Shown: positions 44,569-55,053 of the stretch, piece by piece
How the letters are laid out: each line of letters starts with the position of its first letter
How positions within the stretch are numbered: the stretch's first letter is position 1
Virus record (IMG/VR): IMGVR_UViG_3300049982_000337
Location: 11,097 to 75,096 of that record
DNA length: 64,000 bases
Origin: a virus
Taxonomy: Duplodnaviria; Caudoviricetes
Reading direction: 5' to 3' (one strand)
Translations under genes and position numbers: made by a program
Notes under the pieces: model-generated
What the model was told of the DNA's origin: nothing
Databases searched by the model: none
Seen by the model: only the letters and a program-made list of their open reading frames with translations

Positions 44569-46089
44569 ATGATCCTCATCGAGGTGACGGCGGCGGTCGA
44601 TGCTGCCGGCGCGCTGCAAACCCTCTATCTCAGCGACGCCGACTTCATCACCGAGCCGTCGGACACGCCCGCCAACACCGCCTTCCTTTCCCGGCTGAAG
44701 AACTCCGGGACGATCGGTCTGCACGTCTATTCCGATGGTAAGACGGGCGGGGCTTCCAAGCTCGAAACCGGGACGATCACGGTCGCGAACATCGACGGCG
44801 AGTTCGACCACTGGAAGGACTTCAGCTTCGACGGTCGCCCGCTGGTGATCCGGTCGGGAACCGGCGGCGCCTATCCCTCAGCCTTCGGGGTCGTCTTCAC
44901 CGGCACCGTCGAAAGCGTCGAGGTGACCTGGGACCTGCTGATCATTCGGCTGCGCGACAAGCAGTTCATCTTCGACAGGCCGGTGGCCGCCACGCGCTAT
45001 GCAGGGACCAACGTCGGCCCGCTCGGTCTTGAAGGCACCTCAGCCGATCTGAAGGACAAGCCGAAGCCGTGGACGCGCGGCGCGCCGCCGAACATCCCGG
45101 CACCTTGCGTCAACACATCGAAGCTCGCCTATCAGGTCAACAACGGAGTGGTGACGAGCATCGTGGTCTTTGATCGCGGGCTCGAGCTCGTCGCGGGGAC
45201 GGACCACGCCGACAGCGCCGCGCTCGTGGCGGCGACCGTAACTGCGGGCGAGTACGACACCTGCCTTGCCGAGGGCTACTTCCGCCTCGGGTCAGCCCCC
45301 TCCGGCCAGGTCACCGCCGATGTCGTGCAAGGCGCCACCGAGGTGGACCGCACCGTCGCCCAAACCCTGCAAGCCCTGGCGCTCGCCGCGGGCCTGACGC
45401 CTGCCGAGATCAGCGCCGAGGACGTGGCCGCGCTCGACGCCCTGAACCCCGCGGTCATCGGGCTCTACGTCGCCGACGACGAGACCTTCCGCAGCGCCAT
45501 GGACCGGGTGGCGGCCAGCATCGGCGCCTACTTCATCTTCGACCCGCTCGGTGTTCTGCGCATGGGCGTGCTCACGGCGCCGGAAGGTTCGCCGCTGCTG
45601 ACGCTCTACGACTACGACATCGGGGACGACGTCCAGATCAAGCCTGCCCGCGACAAGAACATCCCGGTGTGGTCGGTGACGGTCCGGCATACGAAGCTGG
45701 GCTTGGTGCAGGCCACTGACCTGGCTGGATCGGTGGACGCCGAGCGTCGAGCCTATCTCGCCCAGGAATATCGCTCGGCCAAGTACGAAGACGCGGCGAT
45801 CAAGGACCAATATCTGCTGGCGACCGAGATGCAGGTCGACACCCTGCTGACGGGCGAAGACGCCGCTGATGCCGAGGCCGAGCGCCGGTTCCGACTGCAC
45901 AGCGTCGGGCGCCTCCGGTTCGACGTCTCGGCTCCCATCGACCTGCTGACCGCGAACGGCGTGTGGCTGGCCCGGGTGATCGCCCTCGATCTCAATCGCT
46001 TTGGCCTCGCGGGCGGCAGGTCGTTCCGGGTGCTCGACATCGCGCTCGACCTTTCGAAGCAACGCGCATTCCTGAACATCTGGGGCTGA
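44569..46089 (+). CDS. Tail tip / hub protein
   Basis: Follows the TMP; DLKDKPKPW..G...NIPAP.VN, YDTCLAEGYFRLG. Confidence 0.75.
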   Translation: MILIEVTAAVDAAGALQTLYLSDADFITEPSDTPANTAFLSRLKNSGTIGLHVYSDGKTGGASKLETGTITVANIDGEFDHWKDFSFDGRPLVIRSGTGGAYPSAFGVVFTGTVESVEVTWDLLIIRLRDKQFIFDRPVAATRYAGTNVGPLGLEGTSADLKDKPKPWTRGAPPNIPAPCVNTSKLAYQVNNGVVTSIVVFDRGLELVAGTDHADSAALVAATVTAGEYDTCLAEGYFRLGSAPSGQVTADVVQGATEVDRTVAQTLQALALAAGLTPAEISAEDVAALDALNPAVIGLYVADDETFRSAMDRVAASIGAYFIFDPLGVLRMGVLTAPEGSPLLTLYDYDIGDDVQIKPARDKNIPVWSVTVRHTKLGLVQATDLAGSVDAERRAYLAQEYRSAKYEDAAIKDQYLLATEMQVDTLLTGEDAADAEAERRFRLHSVGRLRFDVSAPIDLLTANGVWLARVIALDLNRFGLAGGRSFRVLDIALDLSKQRAFLNIWG

Positions 46090-46092
46090 TCC

Positions 46093-46953
46093 GTGGGCAA
46101 CAGCATTCTCTCCTACGGCAACCTGGCTGACATCGGCACGCTGACCGGCGGCGCCTGCTTTCCAACCCTGCCGCTGACCAACCTGCAGAACCGCACGCTC
46201 GGCCGGAAGGCGCGCTTCATCAACACCGACCCGGCGAACACTTGGCTCCAAGGGGACCTGATCAAGGATCGCCTGATCCGCGTGGTCTCGCTGATCGGCC
46301 ATAACTTCGGGCTTTCAGCGACTTATCGCGTCACCTTCAGCCGGTCGTCGGACTTCGCCGTGCTGGTCGGCGACAGCGGCTGGCGCGAAGCCTGGCCGCG
46401 CGAGTACTCGACCAAATCACTGGCCTGGGAATCGCCGAACGTCTGGTCTGGCAAGCCGCTGGACGAGGAGCGCCAGGGCGATACCTGGAAGGCGGCCTAC
46501 ATTCTGCCGACGCCGATCCGCGCCCGGTTCGTTCGGGTCGAGATCATCGATAACGGCGCGGGCAATGCCTACGTCCAGGCCGGGCGGCTGTTCATTGCGG
46601 GCGGCTGGCAGCCGATCCGCAACATCTCGCGGGACGGGTTCGCCATCGGTTGGGAAACCGGGACCCAGGCGCAAGAGACCCTGGCCGGCGGCATGGTGTT
46701 CGACCGTAAGACGCCGCGCCGCGTGGTTCAGTTCGTCACCGCCAGCATGACCGACGACGAGGCCTTCGGGCAGGCGTTCGAGATCATGCGGCGGATGGGC
46801 ACCGATGGAGAGGTCTTCTGGATCTTCGATCCTGACGACACCCGCCACGCCCGGCGCCGCCAAATCTACGGTCACCTGCGCAAGCTCGACCGCATCGCCT
46901 ACCCCTACATCGATGGTCACACCGTCCCCTGGGAAGTGGGCGAGCTGATCTAA
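46093..46953 (+). CDS. Minor tail protein
   Basis: Late operon; GRLFIAGGWQP..N motif. Confidence 0.7.
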   Translation: MGNSILSYGNLADIGTLTGGACFPTLPLTNLQNRTLGRKARFINTDPANTWLQGDLIKDRLIRVVSLIGHNFGLSATYRVTFSRSSDFAVLVGDSGWREAWPREYSTKSLAWESPNVWSGKPLDEERQGDTWKAAYILPTPIRARFVRVEIIDNGAGNAYVQAGRLFIAGGWQPIRNISRDGFAIGWETGTQAQETLAGGMVFDRKTPRRVVQFVTASMTDDEAFGQAFEIMRRMGTDGEVFWIFDPDDTRHARRRQIYGHLRKLDRIAYPYIDGHTVPWEVGELI

Positions 46954-47009
46954 GCCCGGGCGCCCCGCCCGACCCCCGACATCGCTGAAGACGAGATGGA
47001 GCTGGCCCG

Positions 47010-47954
47010 ATGGTCAACGCTTTCTATGCCGATCCTGCCGTCGGCGGGAGCGGTGCGCACTATTCCGACGGTGACGACCCGCTCACCGGGATGGGTGATG
47101 ACGGTCACGCCCTCCGCTTCATTCCGGCATGCGGCGAAGTCGTCGCCATCGGCGGGTTCATTCTCGGGAAGGCAGAGGAGGTTGCAGCGGCGGCCGCGAG
47201 CGCCCTGGGCGCGCCCGGCACGAACTCCACCAGCATTACCTCCTTGGCCATCGGGACGGGCGACAAGACCTTTGTCACCCAGACCAACAAGCTCTGGTCG
47301 ACCTCGCAGACCATGGTGGCTGGCTCGGCGGCGAACGCGGCCAACTACATGGTCGGCCTCTGCAAGTCCTACGACCCAGCGACAGGCATCCTGGTCATCA
47401 CCGTGGCGACGGTGGGCGGATCAGGGACGTTCGCTGACTGGAAGATCAGCCTCACGGCGACCGGCGGTGTTCCAATCACGCGGAGCATTACGGGCGGCGG
47501 CCTGGTGACCGGCGGCGGAGACTTCGCGGCCAACCGGGTCCTGACCGTCACCCCGGCGACAGCGAGCAATGTTCGCGCCGGCACATCTAACGCCGTCGCC
47601 GTCACGCCCTTGGGCATCATCGACGGGGCCAGGCCCCTGGTCCTACCCGACAATGGCGTGACCTGGACCTGGGACATGGCGATCCAGCCGGCCGCCGAAG
47701 GCACGCTCACGGGCGGCAATCGGGCCTTGGCGACACCAACCGGGATGAAGAAGGGGCAGGTCTATCCGCTGGCCGTGACCCAGGGGGATTCCGGTGGCCG
47801 GCAACTAACCCTGCCTGGCGCGGTGAGCGTCGGCCGCGCCGGGACGCCGAGTTGGAGCGTCGGCGCCGGCAAGATCGACTGCCTCTACCTCCACTGCCTC
47901 GACGACACCGCAGGCGCACCCAAGTTCCGCCTCGGCTTCAACGGTGACGAATAG
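47010..47954 (+). CDS. Tail fibre protein
   Basis: TSLAIGTGDKTF...NYMVG.CKSYD.ATG.LV; ITGGGLVTGGGDFAANRVL. Confidence 0.75.
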   Translation: MVNAFYADPAVGGSGAHYSDGDDPLTGMGDDGHALRFIPACGEVVAIGGFILGKAEEVAAAAASALGAPGTNSTSITSLAIGTGDKTFVTQTNKLWSTSQTMVAGSAANAANYMVGLCKSYDPATGILVITVATVGGSGTFADWKISLTATGGVPITRSITGGGLVTGGGDFAANRVLTVTPATASNVRAGTSNAVAVTPLGIIDGARPLVLPDNGVTWTWDMAIQPAAEGTLTGGNRALATPTGMKKGQVYPLAVTQGDSGGRQLTLPGAVSVGRAGTPSWSVGAGKIDCLYLHCLDDTAGAPKFRLGFNGDE

Positions 47955-50900
47955 ATGTTCGGCGCCATGGGGATGCTCGTCGGCGGCGGGGCGCCGAAGA
48001 TCCAGTATACCGCGTCCGGCGTGATCGCGCCGAGCGTCGGCAACACCAGCCTGACCCTGCCCGACGGCGTGCGAGTGGACGATGTCCTGATTGCGTTTAA
48101 CCCCTTCGACGATCGCAGCACCACGCCCGAGATCGCGATGATCCAGAAGGGATGGATGACGCTCGGTCGCTTCAACTGGATGTACGATTCCAGCCTCGTG
48201 ATGTGGCGGGCAGTGAAGGACCCGCTGGAACGGCCAAGTTTCCGGCTTTCCCAGTACGGCTGGACCTGGGTGATCTATCGCAACGCTCTGTCGGTGATCG
48301 ACGTCGTCAATGCCTACCAGTCCCCGATGGGGGCGGACTTCATCGACATCGCATGGCCGGCGAAGGGGCAGGGTGTCCGCGGCCTAGTGGCGCTCATGGC
48401 CGACCGTGACCCCGAAGCCGCGTTGGTCGACAACGCGGCGTACAAAGTGCGCCATCGCTCATCCACGGGGGCGTTCGCAACGACGATCGCTGATCGGCTC
48501 GAAGTCCCGGCCGGCGAGCACACCGACCGCTTCGCCACCTTCTTCGCCTATTATGGACAGGCGGCCCGTGGACTTGAGCTGCGCGGTCGCAGTGCTGTGC
48601 CCTACGACGTCACCACGCCTCCGGCGATGGACTTCTACTCGACTGCCGCCGGCTACCAGGCGCTCGCCAGTACGGAGACTGGCCTCGGTAACGGGGCGCC
48701 CTGGAGGGCTTTCGACGGCAGCACAGGTACCTGGATGACTGCGACCGATGTCGCGTGGCTCCAGATCAGGTTCCCGACCGAGCGCAAGGTCCTCACCTAC
48801 AAGATCAAAGTCCAGGCCGCGAACTTCGGGCCCACGACCTTCTCCTTGCAGGGGTCTGTGGACGGTCGGAACTTCACCACGCTCGACGTTCAAATCTCGG
48901 AGCCGACCTGGACCGCGCACGAAGAGCGCGAATACACGATCGCGGTCCCGGCGCCGTTTTTCTACCTGCGCCTCGATGTCACCGACAACTCAGCGTTTCC
49001 CGTCGCCGGGTCCGAGATGGCTCTGCAGATCGAAGAGCTGTCCTTCACCTATGACGACGGGACCACGATCCCGTTCCCGGTGGATATCCAGCCCGCGGCG
49101 TTCAGCTTCACCGATGTCAGCGGCGCGGCGGTCTCGACCCCCTACACCTCCAACAGCATCACCGTTTCGGAGATCGAGGCGCCGTCACCGATCACCGTGT
49201 CCGGCGGCGAGTACAGCATCAACGGCGGCCCCTTCACCTCGGACGCCGGCACGGTCGTCAACCTGGACACCGTCCGGGCGCGCGGGACGTCATCGGCCAG
49301 CTTCGCTGAAGGCGTCGGCGTCACCGTCAGCATCGGCGGCATGTCGGACACCTTCACTATCACCACGGCTGCGGCCGAGGACGCGCCCGACGCTTTCAGC
49401 TTCACGGACGTAACCGGCGCGGCGCTCTCCACCGACTACGAGAGCAACACGATCACCGTCGAGGGGATCACGACCTCGGTCGCGGTGACCATCACCGGCG
49501 GCGAGTATTCCAAGAACGGCGCTGCCTACACCTCGGCCGCCGGAACAGCCGCGAGCGGCGATACATTCAAGGTAAAAGGCATGTCCTCAGGTTCGTTCAG
49601 CACTGCGCTGAACATTGCGCTCACAATTGGCGGAGTCAGCGACACCTATTCCGTGACGACCGGAGCGTCTGACACCGCGCCGAGCGCCTTCACTTTCGTG
49701 GACAAGACCCTTGCTGCTCTCTCGACCTCCTATGAGAGCAACGAAATTACCGTGGCCGGCATCAACGCACCGGCAACCATGACGATCACGGGCGGCCAGT
49801 ACCGCAAGAACGGCGGCGCCTGGGCCTCGACGTCCACTACCGTCGTCGCTGATGACGTGGTGCAGGTGCGGGGCACGTCCTCGGCTTCGAACGCCACAGA
49901 TGTCGATGTTGTCCTGACCATCGGCGGTGTCTCCGACACCTATTCGATCACCACCATCTCCGCGAGCGTCGTGGCCAAGGACGCGCAGTCGGTCACGATC
50001 CGCGACAGCGCGCCGCTGAACAGCGTCGACGGCAACGGCTGGGTTGCCGACGTCAACTTCAAAGGCATGGTGGTTGGCGGGACCGGCGACGTATCAGGCG
50101 CGAAGGCGCTGACGATCGAGGTCGACTCGCCTGGTTACGACGCGACGGGCGCTTCAACTACGGTTTCGCGCACGATCTACGGCACGATCCCTCTTCGCAA
50201 GCCGACGCCTGATCACACTGAGCACGCCCAGGAGACGAGCGGCTCCGACGCCGTGATCAGTTTCGCGCTCGACTCACGCATCTACGGCTCGTGCTCGGTC
50301 ACGTCGGCGAGCATCGGTGCAGGCGCCTACGTCCAGGGCGCCAATTCCTCCAACGCAGTCTCCGTCATCGCGACACTGCTCAACTCCAGCTCGCTTGGCT
50401 ATCCGCTGGCCGTCTGCGCCTGGGCGCAGCCCCACCGGATGCGGGCGACGGGCTCCACCTTCCATGTCGAATATGCTGTCACCCATCCGTTTGGCATGAA
50501 CCTGCGCATGGCGGCCTGTGTCGAGTTCCGCGTCGAGACCTTGGCCGGGGTCGATCAGGGCATCTCGGTCAAGGTCGACGAGATGACGGCGTCCACCTAT
50601 CTGACCGGCGGCAATCCGGTGCCGGTGTTCGCGGCCGACATCGACCTGACCGGCCTTTCACAAGGGGTCGAGTACAAGGTTCGCGCCAAAACATATCCGT
50701 GGATCGGCAATGTGGTTCACGACACCGGCCTGCTCCCAGATCCGTTGACGGTGGCGACTCTCACCAGCCTCCACTTCCTCTGCGACAAAGCCGGAACCTA
50801 TGGCAGTTCGGCGTGGGTGAAGGTGGGAGCTGTCGGCGGCATGGTCGGAAGCAACGCCACGCCCTACTCGACCATAGCCGCCGCAGCCGCCGCCCTCCGC

Positions 50901-52193
50901 GTGGCGCACAACGCCAAGGCGTCGCCTAACCAGCACGACAACTCCGGCGGAGGCGTGATCTATCTGATGGAGACGACGCCAGGCGGCGGGGCCGACCACG
51001 CGGGTATGGGCTTGGGAACCATGGGCACGTCCTCCGCTGGTTCCGTGACCTTCCTCGACATCCGGCCTGATCCTGATGCTACGGGCGTTGTGCGGGTCGT
51101 AACGGGAGCCCAGAAGAACCCCGGAGCCAATGCCAAATTCCACGGCATCAGGTTCATGAACGCAGTCGTCGCAGGCAACTCCAACGACCTGATCATGCTC
51201 AATGCTTTGGGCAACACGACGAACTTCATCAGCCTCTGGCTGGACGGTTGCTCCTATGCACCGTCCAGCACAGCAAGCGTCACCTCGTTCGCTCAGGCCG
51301 GCATGACGAGTATCACCAACTGCGAGTTCAACACCGTCAGCCGGTTGTTCGCGCCGACAGGGAACGTGAAGTCGCAATACACGCTGATCGGCGGCAACAA
51401 GGTCTACGGCAGCACTTCCGCAACGCCGTTCACGATGCTCGGGAACATCTTCTACGACGGCTGCGGCGTCTCTGACACGAGCGCAGCCACCGTCCTAGAT
51501 GCCAACGATGGCAAGGTCATCGTGGCCAACAGCTTCTTCAAGCAAGGCAGCGCCATCGCCTTCGGCAGCGCGCGCGTGCACACAACCGGCGCGGGCATCG
51601 CTCAGAACCTGATCGAGTATCTGACCGGACTAAATCAGGCTGAGAACTACTCGGCCGACAGTTGCAGCAACAACGTCGATAATGTCGTGGATGCCTTCAA
51701 CACCGCAGTCGGAGCCCGCTCGAATAAATTCTATTCGGCTTCCGGCGTGACGGCTGGAACGAGGAAGCGCGGCATCTCGCGCTTCAATCTGATGTGGCAC
51801 CTCAACATCAAGAGCGACGCGTTCGCGACTGAGAACGAAGGCGCGGCGAGCGGCGCCGACAGGACCGGCAACTGGGAATATCGACACGCCGTCGACAACT
51901 TCGGAAACGTGAATACCGACGGCGATGACAACGGCGGTCTCGGCCCGAACTATGCCTCATGGGACGGCGAGCAACTGGGCCGGGGCGGCGCGACGGGCCA
52001 ATTTGGCGTCACGTTCGCTGATCCGCAGGACCTGTCGGTCGCAGGCGTCGGTGGCGGCGACTACCACCTGACCGGCGGATCGAACCCGGCCTATGACCGC
52101 GTCCCAGCCGGCATGGCGATGTTCCCATTCGGCCTCGACGGCGCGCCCTGGCTTAACGATGGGTCCGACCCCTGCGGCTGTTATCCGAGGTAA
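47955..52193 (+). CDS. Large tailspike / receptor-binding protein (discoidin-like domain, three 98-aa Ig-like repeats, beta-helix-like C-terminus)
   Basis: PWRAFDG...W...WLQIRFP...P..FSLQGS.DG (F5/8C-like). Repeats begin FSFTD/FTFVD at 49101, 49395 and 49689 (294-nt period). Confidence 0.75.
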   Translation: MFGAMGMLVGGGAPKIQYTASGVIAPSVGNTSLTLPDGVRVDDVLIAFNPFDDRSTTPEIAMIQKGWMTLGRFNWMYDSSLVMWRAVKDPLERPSFRLSQYGWTWVIYRNALSVIDVVNAYQSPMGADFIDIAWPAKGQGVRGLVALMADRDPEAALVDNAAYKVRHRSSTGAFATTIADRLEVPAGEHTDRFATFFAYYGQAARGLELRGRSAVPYDVTTPPAMDFYSTAAGYQALASTETGLGNGAPWRAFDGSTGTWMTATDVAWLQIRFPTERKVLTYKIKVQAANFGPTTFSLQGSVDGRNFTTLDVQISEPTWTAHEEREYTIAVPAPFFYLRLDVTDNSAFPVAGSEMALQIEELSFTYDDGTTIPFPVDIQPAAFSFTDVSGAAVSTPYTSNSITVSEIEAPSPITVSGGEYSINGGPFTSDAGTVVNLDTVRARGTSSASFAEGVGVTVSIGGMSDTFTITTAAAEDAPDAFSFTDVTGAALSTDYESNTITVEGITTSVAVTITGGEYSKNGAAYTSAAGTAASGDTFKVKGMSSGSFSTALNIALTIGGVSDTYSVTTGASDTAPSAFTFVDKTLAALSTSYESNEITVAGINAPATMTITGGQYRKNGGAWASTSTTVVADDVVQVRGTSSASNATDVDVVLTIGGVSDTYSITTISASVVAKDAQSVTIRDSAPLNSVDGNGWVADVNFKGMVVGGTGDVSGAKALTIEVDSPGYDATGASTTVSRTIYGTIPLRKPTPDHTEHAQETSGSDAVISFALDSRIYGSCSVTSASIGAGAYVQGANSSNAVSVIATLLNSSSLGYPLAVCAWAQPHRMRATGSTFHVEYAVTHPFGMNLRMAACVEFRVETLAGVDQGISVKVDEMTASTYLTGGNPVPVFAADIDLTGLSQGVEYKVRAKTYPWIGNVVHDTGLLPDPLTVATLTSLHFLCDKAGTYGSSAWVKVGAVGGMVGSNATPYSTIAAAAAALRVAHNAKASPNQHDNSGGGVIYLMETTPGGGADHAGMGLGTMGTSSAGSVTFLDIRPDPDATGVVRVVTGAQKNPGANAKFHGIRFMNAVVAGNSNDLIMLNALGNTTNFISLWLDGCSYAPSSTASVTSFAQAGMTSITNCEFNTVSRLFAPTGNVKSQYTLIGGNKVYGSTSATPFTMLGNIFYDGCGVSDTSAATVLDANDGKVIVANSFFKQGSAIAFGSARVHTTGAGIAQNLIEYLTGLNQAENYSADSCSNNVDNVVDAFNTAVGARSNKFYSASGVTAGTRKRGISRFNLMWHLNIKSDAFATENEGAASGADRTGNWEYRHAVDNFGNVNTDGDDNGGLGPNYASWDGEQLGRGGATGQFGVTFADPQDLSVAGVGGGDYHLTGGSNPAYDRVPAGMAMFPFGLDGAPWLNDGSDPCGCYPR

Positions 52194-52262
52194 CCGCCTC
52201 ACGGCGACGCGCTGCGACCTGATCGCAACCTGGCGATTACCGCCTTCTCAAGGAATACCCTC

Positions 52263-53369
52263 ATGAAACTGCTCAAGATGGCGGCCGCCTGGTCGCTCGC
52301 GCTCTCCTGCCTGGTCGGATCGCCGGCCGCGGCTCAAACCGGCGCCCCGCTGACACCTTCCAGCACCGCCCGGGAACTTGCCGGCGCCGTGATCGCCGCT
52401 CCGGATCTCTTGGTGGCCAAGGCCTATGCGGGCCAGGTACTCGGCCCGCAGGTCAATTCGGCGTCCGGCCTCGTCGCCACGCTGAAGACGGCGCAGGGCG
52501 GGGACCGCGTCCGGCTTGCGCCGGGCCCCTATGGCGGGGTGTCGCTGGCCGGCTTCACCTTCTCGCCGCCCGTGACCTTGGAGGCCGCAGGGGCGGTGTT
52601 CACGGCGCTGAAGCTGGATCGGGTGGACGGCCTGGTCATGGAGGGTGGAACGGTCGCTCTCGACCCGGCCAGCAGCGCATCGTCCGCCTCGGTCACCGAC
52701 AGCGCCAACGTCGCCATCCGCGGGCTCGAGGTCTACGGCAAGGCGGTCTCCGGCCTGACGATCACGCGAGGGACGAAGGTCGAGGTCAGCGGCGGGTACT
52801 TCCATGACCTGCGCAACGCCGTGCTGATCACTGCCGGCGAGAACGTGCTGGTGACCAAGAACAAGGTCCGCCGGATGCTGTCGGACGGGATGGTCGGCTC
52901 AGGCGGCCCACGCAACCTGACCATTTCCTACAACGACATGTCGGACTTCAGCCCCCAGGCCGGCGCGCACCCCGACGGTGTCCAGTTGTTCACCCGCAAC
53001 GCCACCCGCTCAGCCGAGGATATCAAGATCATCGGCAACCGGATCACGCGCGGGTCGGGCGGTATTCCCCAGGGCATCTTCGTCACCACCCAGGCCGGGT
53101 GGGTGCTGCCCTATAGGCGCGTCGAGATCAGCGGCAACTATATCGAGGGCGCCATGCACTACGGCATCGGGCTTCAGAACGCCGACGTGGTCGAAATCAA
53201 GGGCAACATCGTCCAGCCGATCGAGGGTCAGAAGTCGCGCATCCACCTGATCAACCTGAGCAACGCCGTGGTGTCGGGCAACAGCGCCTGGATGATCACT
53301 CAGCAGGGTCCGGTCGTCACGGTCACCGGCACGAGGGCGCTCGGCTTCCTGAAGCCGGTGGCGCCCTAA
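52263..53369 (+). CDS. Secreted right-handed parallel beta-helix (pectin-lyase-like) protein
   Basis: Signal peptide ending AAA-Q; AHPDGVQLF; repeated NV.I.GN ladders. Confidence 0.8.
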   Translation: MKLLKMAAAWSLALSCLVGSPAAAQTGAPLTPSSTARELAGAVIAAPDLLVAKAYAGQVLGPQVNSASGLVATLKTAQGGDRVRLAPGPYGGVSLAGFTFSPPVTLEAAGAVFTALKLDRVDGLVMEGGTVALDPASSASSASVTDSANVAIRGLEVYGKAVSGLTITRGTKVEVSGGYFHDLRNAVLITAGENVLVTKNKVRRMLSDGMVGSGGPRNLTISYNDMSDFSPQAGAHPDGVQLFTRNATRSAEDIKIIGNRITRGSGGIPQGIFVTTQAGWVLPYRRVEISGNYIEGAMHYGIGLQNADVVEIKGNIVQPIEGQKSRIHLINLSNAVVSGNSAWMITQQGPVVTVTGTRALGFLKPVAP

Positions 53370-54517
53370 GCGAGCCTCACGCGTTGCCCGCGAAGGGTCT
53401 TGATTGCCCTAGTGATCGGTCGTTCGATGAGGAAGTGCGCCGCAAGCCCGCCGCCGACGCCGACGGCGCTTAGCATGATGAAGGCTACGGGGGGCGTGAG
53501 TATCGAGGTCATCCCGAGCCGGGCCAGGGTCATCGCCGCCACCGGCAGGAACAGCATGTGGGTCAGGTAGATCGCGAACGACGCCTCACCCATGGTCACC
53601 AGCCAGCGGGGGGCCTTCAGAAGGCCGGATCGCTCCGCTTCAACCGCGCCCATCAGCATCATGGCGCTGGCCATGCCGAAAGTCAGGGCCGCCGATTGAG
53701 TGTGTGAGACACCCATGCGGCTGGTGACTAGGCCGTTGACGACGAAGAGCAGCGCCCCGGATGCCAGCAGGAGGCGGGGCGCTGGTATCGTCCAGCGGGA
53801 GAGCGCAGCTGAACACCCCACGCCGATGGCGAAGAGGGCGTTGACGTGCGACGTCACGTAGGCGGGCCAAGGCGGCTCGAATGCCGTCATCGGCAGGATC
53901 AGGCAAGCCGCGGTCCAGGCCACGAACGCGGGAATACCGACCCGCGGCAGGCCAATCACTAGGGCGCAGAAGCCGTAGAACAACACCTCGTGCCACAGCG
54001 TCCACGACACGAAAACGATGGCGTCGAAGGGGTTTTTGCCGACCAGCAAGGCCGATTGCAGAACAACGAGGGGGTTTCGGAAATCCTCTCCGCCACTGCC
54101 CTTGACGTAAAACATGGCCAGGGTGACCAGCAGCACGGCCCATAGGAACGGATAGATCCGGTCGAAACGCTTCGTGGCAAACGCCCGGACGCGATCTGCC
54201 TGACCGATATCGCGCCGATGGATCATCAACATGATGAAGCCCGATAGGACGAAGAAGAACTCCACCCCGGCGTGACCGAACTTGAAGACCCCGCCAAACA
54301 CGCCATCGGTCCAGTACTTCGCGCTGGCGAAGTAATATTTGTCGACGTGATAGAGGACCACAAGCAGCGCCGCGATCCCTCGACCAGCATCGACGTTGGC
54401 TTGGCGGCTGACCTGAGGGGCGACCGAGGCGTTCGGCGCTGGGGTGGCCGGGCTCGCGCCCAACACCCCGCCGCTAGTCCCATCCAAGGGCGCAGTGTTC
54501 ATCGGATGCTTTAGCAT
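53366..54517 (-). CDS. Acyltransferase-3 family (OafA-like) membrane O-acyltransferase
   Basis: DAGRGIAALLVVLYH, GVEFFFVLSGF, KRFDRIYP, WTLWHEVLFY, GEASFAIYLTH, IERP. Confidence 0.92.
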   Translation of the reverse strand: MLKHPMNTAPLDGTSGGVLGASPATPAPNASVAPQVSRQANVDAGRGIAALLVVLYHVDKYYFASAKYWTDGVFGGVFKFGHAGVEFFFVLSGFIMLMIHRRDIGQADRVRAFATKRFDRIYPFLWAVLLVTLAMFYVKGSGGEDFRNPLVVLQSALLVGKNPFDAIVFVSWTLWHEVLFYGFCALVIGLPRVGIPAFVAWTAACLILPMTAFEPPWPAYVTSHVNALFAIGVGCSAALSRWTIPAPRLLLASGALLFVVNGLVTSRMGVSHTQSAALTFGMASAMMLMGAVEAERSGLLKAPRWLVTMGEASFAIYLTHMLFLPVAAMTLARLGMTSILTPPVAFIMLSAVGVGGGLAAHFLIERPITRAIKTLRGQRVRLA

Positions 54518-54739
54518 GGCGGGTTTTCAGCACGAAAGGCGGGTATTCGCCAGCAAAAACCCGCGAGGGTAGCGCGTCAATTCGCGCTCCCTTCACGGCG
54601 CCATCTCCCGTCATCCACCGCTCGCGCCCGCGCGATCCCCGCCCACCACAGCGAGAACCCTGCCCATGGACAGTTGCCGTGCGCGACGACTGGCCTGGGC
54701 GCGCTGCTATTCCAACAACCCAAGGCGGAGTGATCGCCA

Positions 54740-55012
54740 ATGACCGTTGATCCGGAGGCCGAACGCATGCCCCGCCCGCGCAAGATCGACACAGCTCTGC
54801 TTGGCATCGTGCTGACGCTCCTTCTTCAGGGCGTCACCGCGATCTGGTGGGCCGCCACCATGAACAATCGGATGACGCAGCTAGAGAAGGATTTGGCCCC
54901 GGCCCGGACGGTCTTCGAAACGGTGGCTCGCCTGGACGAGCGGTCGAAGGCGATGGAGAGCTCGACGGCGCGGATCGAGCGGAAGCTGGATTCCCTGGAG
55001 CAGCGGCGATGA
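54740..55012 (+). CDS. Putative holin-like membrane protein
   Basis: One TM plus a coiled coil, directly before the endolysin. Confidence 0.5.
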   Translation: MTVDPEAERMPRPRKIDTALLGIVLTLLLQGVTAIWWAATMNNRMTQLEKDLAPARTVFETVARLDERSKAMESSTARIERKLDSLEQRR

Positions 55013-55053
55013 GGTGGCTCCCCGCGGTCGCGCCCCGGGCGTCCGGTGGCGCC

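Noticed and set aside
37760-46302. Several 300-480 aa minus-strand ORFs opposite the tail genes
   Set aside because: Antisense shadows of the tail tube, tape measure and hub genes.
49101-49980. Tail-fibre repeats as a possible diversity-generating retroelement TR/VR pair
   Set aside because: The repeats are in-frame protein domain repeats with differences at all bases, not adenine-specific, and no reverse transcriptase is present in the window.
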